The notes beneath the pieces are model-generated. The model was given only the letters and a program-made list of their open reading frames with translations, was not told the DNA's origin and did not search any database. A DNA stretch of 63,575 nucleotides, filler included, from Collodictyon triciliatum (taxonomy: Eukaryota): the NCBI GenBank assembly GCA_043381765.1. It is 11 parts of 11 records of this genome, joined end to end, with 100 filler letters (N's around TTAATTAATTAA, not from the genome) between each part and the next. Parts side by side here need not be neighbours in the genome. Positions count along the whole stretch, not along the records: positions 12,715 to 18,969 come from JBHJMP010004599.1; positions 19,070 to 25,327 come from JBHJMP010004600.1; positions 25,428 to 31,698 come from JBHJMP010004601.1; 8 more parts are not named here. One strand, given 5' to 3'. Positions 17,101 to 28,900 of this stretch are shown one piece after another. Within the stretch, counting starts at the first letter, position 1. Every line of letters begins with the position of its first letter. A program made the position numbers and the translations under genes.

Positions 17101-18549
17101 ACTATGTGGCTTTCGATTTATTAATTAATTTAGATAATTTTTTCCGTGTGTATTTTTTATTGGAGCAACATAACATTTTTTTTTATCTAAAATTACTAAA
17201 TCACAATCACGCATTATTCAGTGGAAAATAAAGACGCCTTTCGTGTTCTTGGAGGCCTAAATCAGCTAGTGTCGGTAATTGCGTCCAGAAATCCAAAAAC
17301 ACAAATAGAATCAATCCAAGCTTTAATCAATGTGTGCGAGGGACATGGTTCAGTTTTCATTCAATTAGTTAGTTATGTTTTTTTCTTTGCTTTCATTTTA
17401 TTGCGATATGCTGAAGTTTTTATCAGTTTTATCAATCATGCTATTGGTACTACAACTAGATGAAAACAAAAAGTACGCGTGTGAAATTGGAGCCATCCCC
17501 CCACTCGTTGACCTTCTCACAAACTATGATGAAAAATTTCAAGAGATCGGTGCATATGCCATCTGCGTTGTTATTCAAAACATCCGTTGCGTTTTTCTTT
17601 ATTCCAAAAAAAAACAAAAAAAAAACAATAGTGCTATTTCTATAACAGACAATACATTAATTTTGCATCGATATCAGCAGGCACTTAATTTATTTTCTGA
17701 AAATAGCATCCAACGACTCAGAAATAGCATAATGCACAATACGTCGCACTAATTAACGCTTTTGAACTCAATTTGTAGAATTGGGTCGTGATCACATGCG
17801 AGAGTTTCACGGGTTGAAGCATCTAATTCACATCATGGGGAGCTCATCTGTTTCTGTCAAGTTTGTAGCGCTCTCCGCATTGAGAAATGCCGTATTTCAG
17901 GATGGTAATTCGTTCACCTTTTCATTACTTTCCCTCCATCAACCACATGGCTCTTTATGGGAGCGCTATACATCCTTCCTATATATCCGTGTGACTCTGT
18001 TACAGAATTAAACATCTTTCGCAAGATTATACATACCACATTATTGACACGAACACATACACATTACATTTTCGTCACACCATCACAGAAATAAACAAGG
18101 GAGAGGCAGTGAAACTTCAAGCTATCCAGATTTTGTTACAGCTAGTGGACGAAGACAAGAGACTAAGGCCCGAATGTATCGCTTTATTGAGAAACGTGTG
18201 CATGAATGGTACATAAACCTTAACTTGATTTTAATGTCCCCACAAGATACGAAGTTCTATATCAAAATATGCGCCATCGATGACTTCAAAAATATGTCGA
18301 AAATTATTCGAAATATTACAATCGGGATGTTTCCTTTTCACTTTACATTGATTCTTTCAATTTCTTGCTCAAATGAAAATGAAATAAAATGTAATAAAAT
18401 ATTTCTTATTTGTTGCTGACGACGCTAATCGAGCAGAACCATTCCGGGAACTATTGCGAAAGGAATCAAACCCAAAGTTTCTCATGGAAGTCTTTCCACC
18501 ACCACCTAATGCAAGCCAGCCCGCAAAAAGACCTCCGTATGATTCATAA
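12874..18549 (+). CDS. Acidic N-terminus + tandem copine-type C2 domains + armadillo repeats (multi-exon)
   Basis: C2A: VQISVSCR...WAFEGVTEISRGNTSPSFIRSFVLQY...FRIVVYD. C2B: VYFSECVEKSISPVF...LEIGIFE. Seven ARM exons carry GGL/GAIPPLV motifs. TAA stop at 18547-18549. Confidence 0.8.
15297..15368 (+). mobile_element. Family B micro-insertion with 14-bp TSD (intronic)
   Basis: AATACCAATAACAC flanks TTCACCATCCTGCACAAAATTGAAAGGAAGAATAAAAAAA on both sides. Confidence 0.8.
16176..16232 (+). mobile_element. Family A micro-insertion with ~17-bp TSD (intronic)
   Basis: AACTATTACAAAA(A)TTTT lies on both sides of TGAATCGAATAAAGGA(n). Confidence 0.75.
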
Positions 18550-18890
18550 TTTGTACACGCACAGACACACACCTTTCTCTTTAAAAAACAATCAAAAGCT
18601 GCAAATAATATTGTGAATTTAAAGACTATAGCAATGACCTTTATATCTCATCAATACACAGGCGATGAGACTAGACCAGTTGTATTTCCCAAATGCCAGA
18701 AATATCAGACGCTCATCACAATAAGCCACCAATTGTTTGCTTTTTTTTTTTTTTACTGGAAATAAATTCCCTTAATACACAGTCGACTCTCAATTGTAAT
18801 ATATAAGTGATATTATTTTGCTCTGTTTCCTTGGAATATTTATTTATTACATATGCATTTTTTTTTATTTAAAAAATTGATGTAACCTCT

Positions 18891-18969
<79 letters not shown>

Positions 18970-19295
18970 NNNNNNNNNNNNNNNNNNNNNNNNNNNNNNN
19001 NNNNNNNNNNNNNTTAATTAATTAANNNNNNNNNNNNNNNNNNNNNNNNNNNNNNNNNNNNNNNNNNNNCTCTTTATCTCTTTATCTCTTTATCTCTTTA
19101 TCTCTTTATCTCTTTATCTCTTTATCTCTTTATCTCTTTATCTCTTTATCTCTTTATCTCTTTATCTGTTGAATACTTGAATGTTTGAACATTTATATCA
19201 TATATCGATCACGCTTCGATTTACTTTCTTTTTTTCCGTTTCTTTTCTTAATTCTACCATCCTCGCTTGTCCATTATATCCTTTTTTTTGCGTAG

Positions 19296-21479
19296 CGTGG
19301 CGCATACTTTCGAGGAATGGAAGTCACTTGGATGCAATTGAAGCGGGATGTTCTGCGTGCGAGGAACTTCAATGCGATTTTACCGTGGGTTTTGGTGGAA
19401 GGTATTTTTTTTTATAAAAAGAGTCGAAGGAGTTTCATTTCTTATTATTGACGAGCATTGATTTCTGCTCAACAAACAACCATATTAAGTCCAAATGAGC
19501 GAGGTGAAACGACATTAGATGCCATGATAATGGACAGGTTGCATTTTTGTTCTCGAAACTCATCCAAAGAACCCATCTTTAATCATTCCATCATTTTCAT
19601 TTGAAATGTGCGGTTATATGATCAATAGGGAATATATTATCTTCTTTTTGCTTTCATAATATTTTTTTATTTTGTGGCCAATTCATAAATCCACATTATA
19701 TGTTTGTATACTGAAGCATTTTTTCTCTCTCTTTTTGATTTGCTGGGAAAAAAAGTGAGGTTCATGATGTCGGTGCAGTTGCGGTGATGAAGAGAGTGAA
19801 ATCTGCCATATCGGTTGCTCGGAAAGTACTGGAAAACACAGCCCACACATTGTTGGTCGGAGAGGATGCCACGCAATTTGCTCTAAACATGGGCTTTAAA
19901 GAAGAGAGTCTGTCAACAGACGAGTCCAGGTCCGATATTTTCTTTATATATTTACTGTCTTTTCTTTTATTATGTACGACTGTTTTTTTTTCCGGATTTT
20001 TTACATGAATAGTTATAGACACATTTGCCATTTCAATTCATTGTATAAGAAAAAAAAAAGAGGAACCAAGTATAAACAATTAGTAAATAAACACAAGAAA
20101 GCGTCATCAAGATTGGCTCGCAAACTCGTGCCAACCAAACTTTTGGCGGAATGTTCGACCCGATCCAACCCAAAGCTGTGGCCCTTACTCTCCAATATCG
20201 TCCGAATCACCTGTCAAGTCCAGCGACCTGAGTCATTACATCGACAGGGTAAAATAAGAGAAATTGATAAGGAGAAGAAATAAGAGATACCACATATAAT
20301 GGGCGAAAAAAAAATCAAAGTGAAATAATTAAGAGAATTATGATTTTGAATCGAATAAAGGAAAAAGAAATAATAATGGTAATAGTAATGGTATCTAACG
20401 ATCACTTATCGATTGCGTATGGAAAATAGTACAACCATGACACCATTGGAATGGTTGCTATTGATACTCATGGGCGATTGGCTGCAGGCACTTCGACAAA
20501 CGGGCTCTCATTCAGAATCCCTGGCCGTGTTGGTGATTCGCCCATCACAGGTGCAGGTGCATATGCCGAGAAAGGAATTGGCGGAGCAGCAGGAACCGGT
20601 GACGGTGATGTTCTCGCACGCTTTCTACCAAGGTTTCTTTATCTGATTTAACTGTCTCCTCCATACAACCATGAACAGCTGAGAATATGCCAATCAAAGA
20701 AAAAAAAAGACATAATCTTTACAGAAAACGAAGTGGATATATGCGAAATGAATTTATGATGGGTATTCAGATAAATGAGACACAAAGAAAAGATGAATGT
20801 TAAAATAAAAAATTAAAATACTATACGATATGCTTTCTTGTATGTGCCTGTGTTTGATTTTTTTTAAAAAAAGAAAAGAAAAAAATGAGTAAATAATTAA
20901 GTCACAATTTTAATATAGTTTTCAGGTTGTACGCAACATGGCCGCAGGAATGAGCCCGAAAGAGGTATTTGTGCTTTGCTATCATACTTTTTTTTTTTTT
21001 GGTTCGTTGTCTGTCATGTATTAAAATCAAACAAGAAACCCTCTCATAATTAATTCGAGCTTGCTTTCGATACGCCTGACTTGAATCATTACAAAGGCGG
21101 CAGAGGATGCGCTTCGAAGAATCCTTCGCTTCTACCCAAACTTTTCTGGGGGTTTGGTCGCCCTCAACGCGAAAGGAGAACACGGTACATCCTCGAAGCT
21201 TGCACCCACCAAGAAAAAAAAAAGCATCTCTTTATAATTAATATTATGCGGAATCTCTCGTGCAAGTCGCGGTGATTTAACAGTCGAATGAAATGTGTCA
21301 TTATTCGGCTTTGTTCATCATGGCATTTTTTTTTTTATTCTAGCGACTTCTTTATAATCAACGTATCTTAAAATATCCGAATAGGAGGCGCCGGCCATGG
21401 TTTCAGCTTCAGCTATTCTGTGCAGAACGCAGCAAGTGGTGATGCTATTGTGATTCCAGTGACACCCATTTCGCTTTGA
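19296..21479 (+). CDS. AGA: N(4)-(beta-N-acetylglucosaminyl)-L-asparaginase (glycosylasparaginase), 5'-truncated
   Basis: [34 protein letters not shown], autoprocessing site HDTIGM, GTSTNG and [12 protein letters not shown]. All introns are GT-AG. Confidence 0.95.
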
Positions 21480-21577
21480 GGTGATACTTGACATATTTCC
21501 CTTCTCCTCCTCTATTCATGTATTTTCTTTCTATTTTTTCTATTTGCAACGTTCGCTTTGAATTATCGACTCAAGAT

Positions 21578-23636
21578 TTATTTTGTCTTCTTTTGCTCCT
21601 TGCTTTCCTCTATATCTCTCGCAGCGGGCTCTGCAATGACAGTCGATTTGAGAGTGGGTCGAATCTCGTCTTTGAAGATATCCCATTCCACCTGGGTCGC
21701 AAATTGGGTCATAAAAGTACAGATATTTACAATAATATTAATAATGATTATCAACATTCAACGCGTCTGAGTGTGAAGAGTGAACAAGCGGTTCGAATTT
21801 ATACAAGGCATCAAAAAAATTATTATATTTATCATTTTAGAACGTATTTACTTGAGTGATTCCATTTCGGATGCAATCAAAGATGTCCTGAGCAAAGAGC
21901 TTATATCCCTACAATATATTGCGCGAAAATCAAACAAACTGAATCCTAGGCGCATGTTTATGCAGGAAATAGATATCTACGATTTAGTGTGGTGAAATGT
22001 GCCAATGTTCGTGAGAGAAGGTGTCGCGATTGTAATTATGTGTATGGTTGCAGACCAAAAGGCTTACATGGTCACACATATGAATGCCATCAGAGTATCG
22101 GGAGTATTTGCTCGCATAGCGATAATTGGAAAGGTCTGGCCCAGCTTTAATCCATGAGCTATTCCTGGAGCAAAAAAAAAGAATAAAAGAATAGAAATAA
22201 TTGACAATAAGCATACTGGGATGAAAAAAAAATATTGACTTTGCCAACTGTATTGAAGAGTCTCGCTATATCTTGCAAAATTATGATAACTCCAGAGCAA
22301 GAAAATAAACATTCACGCTTTCGAATTATTATGATTACATTTAATAAGAGCACTTATCGAATATGTTTTATCTTATTGTATGAACCATTTTTTGTCGGGT
22401 TTTTTTTGTTTATAAAAAAAAATACTTTTTTATGTAGTCAGATATTAAGACATGGCGCTCTTTGCTGATTGCAGCCAATTCTTTGTCATCCATATCGGCA
22501 TAGACATTACATAGATAAATGTGTTTTATATTCATCGATGCGAGTTTACGGCAAATTGTATCGATATTATCCACTGTTGTTTGGGCATCCTGGATAGATG
22601 TATCTCTGAAAAGAGAAAGATGAAAAACTGGCGTGAAAACGCAAACCCAAACAAAACATTACATTATAATTTTTCATGAAGGCCCATCAGAAAAAAAAAC
22701 TGCTTATTAATAAAGAGTCATGATATTTGCCTGAAGTCAAAAGTCCCTAGAGCGATCACTACAATATCTGATGTATGCAAATGTCGATTTGCTGAAAACA
22801 CAGAGTTCCAGAGAGATGTTTTGTGGAACAAATTCATTTCTTGAGGCTATTCGGTGGTAATATATGCTTGTATTACTCTGCGACAAACAGAGAAAACATA
22901 TCATTCTACACACATAAAGTCGCACCCCAGCGAATGGAACAAAAGTATTCAAGGCCTTTCATACATGATGTATTGCAAAGAGGGGGAGAGAAAAAAAAAA
23001 GAGCCAGAGAGAAGGAATGCATGAATCGAAGATGCCAACCTTCTCTGTATTATGAGGAAGCCAGTCAGCAGAGGTTGCCTTCAAATGCCCGCGCTGGACG
23101 AGCCACCAACTTTGCCGAATGGTCGGAGTCCCCCGCAAGTAACGCCGAATCCTTCCCGAAACCCCGGCAACAGTCCCGAAAGTCACGTAGTCGCCGTAGC
23201 CGGCAGCAAAGCCGTCTCCTGTGGTGAAGAAAGGCAGCCAAAGCATCCGTGTTGTGGCATGAATATAAACGCAGGATATGGCCAAGCTTACAAGTCGCTC
23301 AGGCAGCGTCCAGGAAGAAGGGAAGAAACATCAATATGAAAAGAAGAAAAAGAAGTAGCGCGGATAGGAAAGGAAAGAGAAACAAAAAGCCAAGATGAAT
23401 TGTTTTGCATAAAGCGTGGGTAAAATGTGTTTTCTATTGAATATATATATATAGATAAATAAATAAATAAGGGCAATTAGAATCAAACCCAGAAGAAGGA
23501 TGCGATGCGAGCGATTCGTTTTGAAGGCTCCAGTTCCAGACTCAAAGACAGTCTGATTCAGCCGCAGCCAGAGCCACTTGCAGTAGAGCCAGAAGATGTT
23601 CCACACAAGAAAGATCCAGTGGAGCAGACCAGACAT
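21578..23636 (-). CDS. SGNH/GDSL-fold protein with N-terminal hydrophobic segment; catalytic Ser absent
   Basis: Spliced blocks RILLLGDGFAAGYGD (I), RGHLKATS (II), DIVVIALGTFD (III) and DGIHMCDHGYKLFA (V). One intron is GC-AG. Confidence 0.75.
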
Positions 23637-23762
23637 CTCGCGAGCGCAAACAAAAGATTCCTGTGTCTTCGTGTGGCCTGCGAGGTGGATGAAGGAAATG
23701 AATAAAAAGAACACAATATTATGTAATTCTTATTTTATTTGTGTCCTCACCAGATTAAGAAA

Positions 23763-23834
23763 TCCGTTATGGTGTAGTCGGTAGCACGTATGGCTCTCAC
23801 CCATACAACCCGGGTTCGATTCCCGGTAACGGAA
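23763..23834 (+). tRNA. tRNA-Glu (anticodon CTC)
   Basis: Acceptor stem TCCGTTA/TAACGGA, anticodon arm TATGG-CTCTCAC-CCATA, T-arm CCGGGTTCGATTCCCGG, and a downstream TTTT Pol III terminator. Confidence 0.95.
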
Positions 23835-24288
23835 TATTTTGCCCCAATTTTTATTTTGTCGATTTGCGCAGTGTGTGTGTTTTTGGTTCAAAATATTCAA
23901 AAATTCAAAAAATTGAGTGTCTTTTTGTTCTGTTTTTTTTTTTCTTCTTAGCCCAAAGACGTGTTAATCACATTGTCGTTTTCGCCTGAGACAAAACGAA
24001 AGTCGAGACGCTCTTCCATGGACATATGAATCTGACTCCACCATTCATTGCGTTCATCTTGCTGCCACTGATATCCCCACCACACTTGCTGCGGACAATC
24101 TTTTGCAATGGTGCATTATGCTTTGGTGCGGAGATGTGAAGGCCTTTATGGCTGTTCTCGAGCACGTTTCGTCGGCGTATGTTTCGGTCGGTGGGAAACT
24201 AAGCTATGCTTCTATTGCTTTAGGGTAAGAAGAGAACGAAAAAGCAAAGAAAAGAAGGAACAGAGCAGAAAGACAGTATACTTTGCTG

Positions 24289-25327
24289 ATGGGGACCACA
24301 GCAACCTTTGACTGGAGTTTGGTGAGGAATCTGGAGGGCGAAATACACAACATGCGCAAGACTTTCGATGCGTGGATCTGCGACCAGTATAGATTCCTGG
24401 ACGCAAAGAACGATGTCCAGCAAAGTGATCCAAGGAAAAGAGAAGGTGGGTTCTTTATAAATCAAAAGCTACCTTGTGGATAGTGTGCTTTCTCTGCCTG
24501 ATTGAACTCGCAAAGCCGCCCCACGCGGCCATCCCGTAATCGTTTTTTATATTTCTTCTTTAGCTTCCATGGCTCTTCTGAAGGAAAAGGAGGCCGACCT
24601 TCGATATAGAATTGAGCGGGCCTCTCTTCGTAAGTAGTGCCTCCCGAATTCAAAAAGGAGTGGTGCTTAATTGTTGTGGATTTGTTTGCCTTTCTTTTTA
24701 TCTGTCGTCTTTTCGCTTGCAAAGTGGATTTATATCGCGAATTTATATTGCTTAATTATGGTAGATTTATATCGTGGATTTATATCGCGGATTATATTGT
24801 GGATTATATTGTGGATTATATTGTGGATTATATTGTGGATTATATTGTGGATTATATTGTGGATTATATTTTTTTGGATATATTTTGGATTTATTTTTTG
24901 GATATATTTTGGATTTATATTTTGGATTTATATTTTGGATTTATATTTTGGATTTATATTTTGGATTATATTGTGGATTATATTGTGGATTATATTGTGG
25001 ATTTATATTTTGGATTTATATTTTGGATTATATTGTGGATTTATATTTTGGATTTATATTTTGGATTTATATTTTGGATTTATATTTTGGATTTATATTT
25101 TGGATTTATATTTTGGATTTATATTTTGGATTTATATTTTGGATGTCACTTTTAATATGTTTATTTCTACTTCTATGCAGGTAATCAGCAAAGTAAGCAT
25201 GAGGTGGAGGTGTTGAGGCACGAATTGGCCCAACTGGAACAAAGAATAGCTTACCTAAATACTCAAAATACTCGTGCTGAAGAAGCTTTGGCAAAGGAAA
25301 CAGCTCTCTTGGCTGCTTCTCAGGAAG
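24289..25327 (+). CDS. Coiled-coil protein, 3'-truncated (N-terminus loosely reminiscent of kinetochore Spc25)
   Basis: Three phase-compatible exons: MGTTATFDW...DPRKRE | ASMALLKEKEADLRYRIERASL | RNQQSKHEVEVLRHELAQLEQRIAYL. The Spc25 resemblance is speculative. Confidence 0.6.
24775..25143. repeat. Intronic minisatellite of mixed 12/13-bp units (GGATTATATTGT / GGATTTATATTTT)
   Basis: Tandem units are directly visible in the sequence. Confidence 0.9.
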
Positions 25328-25427
25328 NNNNNNNNNNNNNNNNNNNNNNNNNNNNNNNNNNNNNNNNNNNNTTAATTAATTAANNNNNNNNNNNNNNNNN
25401 NNNNNNNNNNNNNNNNNNNNNNNNNNN

Positions 25428-25902
25428 CCTATATTCGCCAATACAGTATATTAGTACTTTGATTGTAATTAAACCCTCTTTATTTAATCAATAAATAGAT
25501 ATCCATCCTGCCAGACAACATATCGAACTTGAATAATCTCACAAATCTCAGCATCAGCAACAACAAGGTACAAGTACTTGATTTAACAAGAATATATAAA
25601 CATAAATCTCAGCCTATCATAAATGAGAGTGTTCTGACGATTACCTACACTCCAAAGTTCAACGCATTGCCCGCAGCCATCTGCACATTGACACTCATCG
25701 CATCACTCGATATATCCACCAACCAGGTAACTAAATCCTTTTTTTTTAACAAGACATTCCTATATTCGCCAATACAGTATATTAGTACTTTGATTGTAAT
25801 TAAACCCTCTTTATTTAATCAATAAATAGATATCCATCCTGCCAGACAACATATCGAACTTGACGAATCTCACAAATCTCAGCATCAGCAACAACAAGGT
25901 AC
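25428..25902 (+). repeat. Near-identical duplication of an intron 3' end + LRR exon (25428-25571 and 25759-25902)
   Basis: The two 144-bp copies lie 331 bp apart and differ only at one codon (AAT versus ACG). Confidence 0.95.
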
Positions 25903-28900
25903 ACACATTCATATAGATATTGAATATATTTAAACACATAATTCAAACAGCCTAGTATACATTATACTTCATAAATTAACTGACAAATACACGGGGATTT
26001 TAGTTCGACACATTCCCCACAATCATCTGTACAATAACACATATCGCGACCCTCAATATTTCTGGAAATCAGGTTACAAAATTACACAACACATATTTTC
26101 AAAACAAAAAAAACTGATGAATGAACAATAGTTCAAACTATATTAATCAAATACCCTCTTAAACTCACCCATCGTACAAATCCAGATTTCATACATCCCA
26201 GATGTCATAGCAAACCTTGCAAATATTCAAAAACTGGACATATCCAACAACAAGGTCATATCTCTTCCGTTTTCCGTTTATTTGTTTATTTTTTTCCCAT
26301 TTTTTGGTTCAGTTTTATGGCCGTATTTCGCAAAAAAAAAAAAAAAAATAACAATATCATTATCAGATCGAAAAGCTACCCCAAATCATCGCCAAGCTTA
26401 AAGGCCTTCGAGGTGGACTGAATATCCAGGGAAATCAAATTAAAAATATCCCAGAAAACGTCATTAGAAATGGGTATGAGACTATCTTCGATTTCCTATC
26501 CAACTCCATGAATGGTGTTGTAAAATGGACCCAAGGAAGACTTCTGCTACTTGGTGAAGGAAACGTAGGGAAGACAACACTCATCAAATCAATCACACAA
26601 AATCACTGGTTTTTCAAGAATATGACAGACCAGCAAAGGATTGCAACTGATGGTATTGCCCACGTTGATATCGATGAGTCGATGATGGGTGGACTATTCA
26701 AGACAAAGATTTCCGTACAAATCTGGGATTTTGGTGGACAAGAGGAGTTCCAAGTAACACATCCATTCTTTTTGTCATCGGGCGCCCTCGTTTTAATCCT
26801 GTACAGACTCGACCAAGGCAAGGAGAAGAACAATCTCAGCCGCTGGGTCAAAATGCTCGATGACTTTGCACCTGGCTCAAAAATCATAATTGCTGGGACT
26901 CGTCAAGATTGCGAAAATCAAACTTATATTCAAGAGATGCAAAAAGAAATAGAACGTATCAAAAAAGAAAATGAGCGGAAACTGGATGAAAAAGCTCGCC
27001 ACATCTTCATCAGTACAGAGTTGAAAGTAAGCAACAAGAGAGGAACAAAAATATCATATTTGAAGGAAGAAGTATATAAAGGAATGATGACACTTGATAA
27101 CATGAACAAGGAAGTTCCAAAATCATACATTGGGCTGAAAGACTATCTGATTTCAAAAGGTCAAATATCGAAGTACGAACGAATCCAAAACACTTACGAT
27201 TTTGCCAAGAAGCAGCTGGGTATGGATAGAAATGAATGCGAAAGTGCTCTCAAATTCCTCCACGACCTTGGCTCGGTCGTTTGGTATTCATCACTTGAAC
27301 ATATCAAAGACATTATATTTTTAGACCCGCTCTTTCTCATTAATATATTCCGTTGTGTCTTCAGCTTCAAAGGTATCGGGAAGGACACAAATGGTATCAT
27401 TTTGTTGGGCAAGCTAAAAGACCAAATAAAACACGAATTGAAAATAGAACTAGATGAACATGTGTTCAATACAATTCTTCGAATCTTTGACCATTTCGGC
27501 CTTGGGATTCAATTCAACAAAGAATGCATCGCCTTTCCCTCACTGATGGAAGATTGCCAAAATCTCAAAGCATTATGGAATGAAAAACCAGAGTCAAACT
27601 GCATCGCTGAGACCTCTGTAGAGATAATTACCAATGGTGGAGTCCAGCTCTCTGACAAAAGCAACGTCGTCATACGGGCGCTTCGTTTGACAAAAGGGGC
27701 ACAAGCTGGAGTTCAGTATGACGACCAGTTTTTCAGAGATGTCGCATTCATACATCTGAATGCTTCGTACAAAACAGGAACGGATGAAATTCAACTGCTT
27801 CCTGGAGACGGTTTGATTATTTTGTATCAAATCCACCAGAAGAGCATTTCAGTCAAGATTAGAAAATACGAAAATGTGGTTCACGATGATGGCGATAGAA
27901 TCGTCAGGATTTTCGACATTCTTTGCACCTTCATCAAACAAATATCATCGATTCGACCAAATTTTGTGGAAGCATATCAATTTGAATGCCCTGAATGCCA
28001 ACGTCGTGGATTAGACGGTTATATTCAAACATCAGCAAAGATAAATGACTCAGAATTGAAAAAATGTACGAAGAGCCATCAATTGGAAGCGAGTACAGTG
28101 AAGCAAGGGCGCGTCTATCTGGAACAAGGTTTATTATAATCAATACATTCAAATATATTTTAATTTTCAACTTAATGATAATTTGATTATATGTTATCGA
28201 AAGCTTATAAATAATTTTTTTTAAAAAAAAGGAATCTCAAGGAGATTTGCCTCTGTGGTGAGAGCGAAAAAGACGAAGAAGTTGCAATCTGCTGAAGCAG
28301 TTCTTGAGCCGGATTCAATCGACCGGGAATTAAAAGACGAATGGATTCATGAAAAAATAGAACTGTCAGGTTATCTCGCAAAGGGGGCATATGGGCGAGT
28401 TTACACAACAACATTCAAAGGAAAAAGTGCTGTGGTGAAAATCCAAACTATGCAGAAGAACAAAGAGCAGACCTTCAGCGAGGTGATTCAATCGCTCATT
28501 TTTGAAAGCAAGTATCTGCATGAATGCAAGGAATGCGAAAACATTGTCAAATTGTTTGGTGTGTATCGTAAAGATGACGACTTTTTCATGATTATGGAGA
28601 ATGCAGGAATTTCGTTGAAAGCGATGTTGGAGAAGAAAAATATCAAGCCAACATTGCCTCAAGTCATTTCTTACACAATGCAACTTTGCAAGGGTCTCAT
28701 TTTCATGCATTCTAAAAATCTATATCACGAAGATTTGAAGGCCGATAACGTTATGATTGTGGGTGAAACAGTAAAAATTGTGGATTTTGGGATAGTGAGC
28801 CATCGCGACATAGAAAAGGTTGGTTCAAACTTACCGACGAGATTTGGTGAGAACAAGCAAGGCGGAACGGCTAATTGGCAAGCACCGGAAATCCATGAAG

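Noticed and set aside
24775-25143. Regular repeat array that could suggest CRISPR or a repeat protein
   Set aside because: There are no unique spacers. It is a minisatellite inside an intron of the coiled-coil gene, and its ORFs are spurious.
25497-25510. ATATCC resembling a U12 AT-AC donor
   Set aside because: It is the start of an LRR exon (ATA TCC ATC) directly after an AG acceptor.
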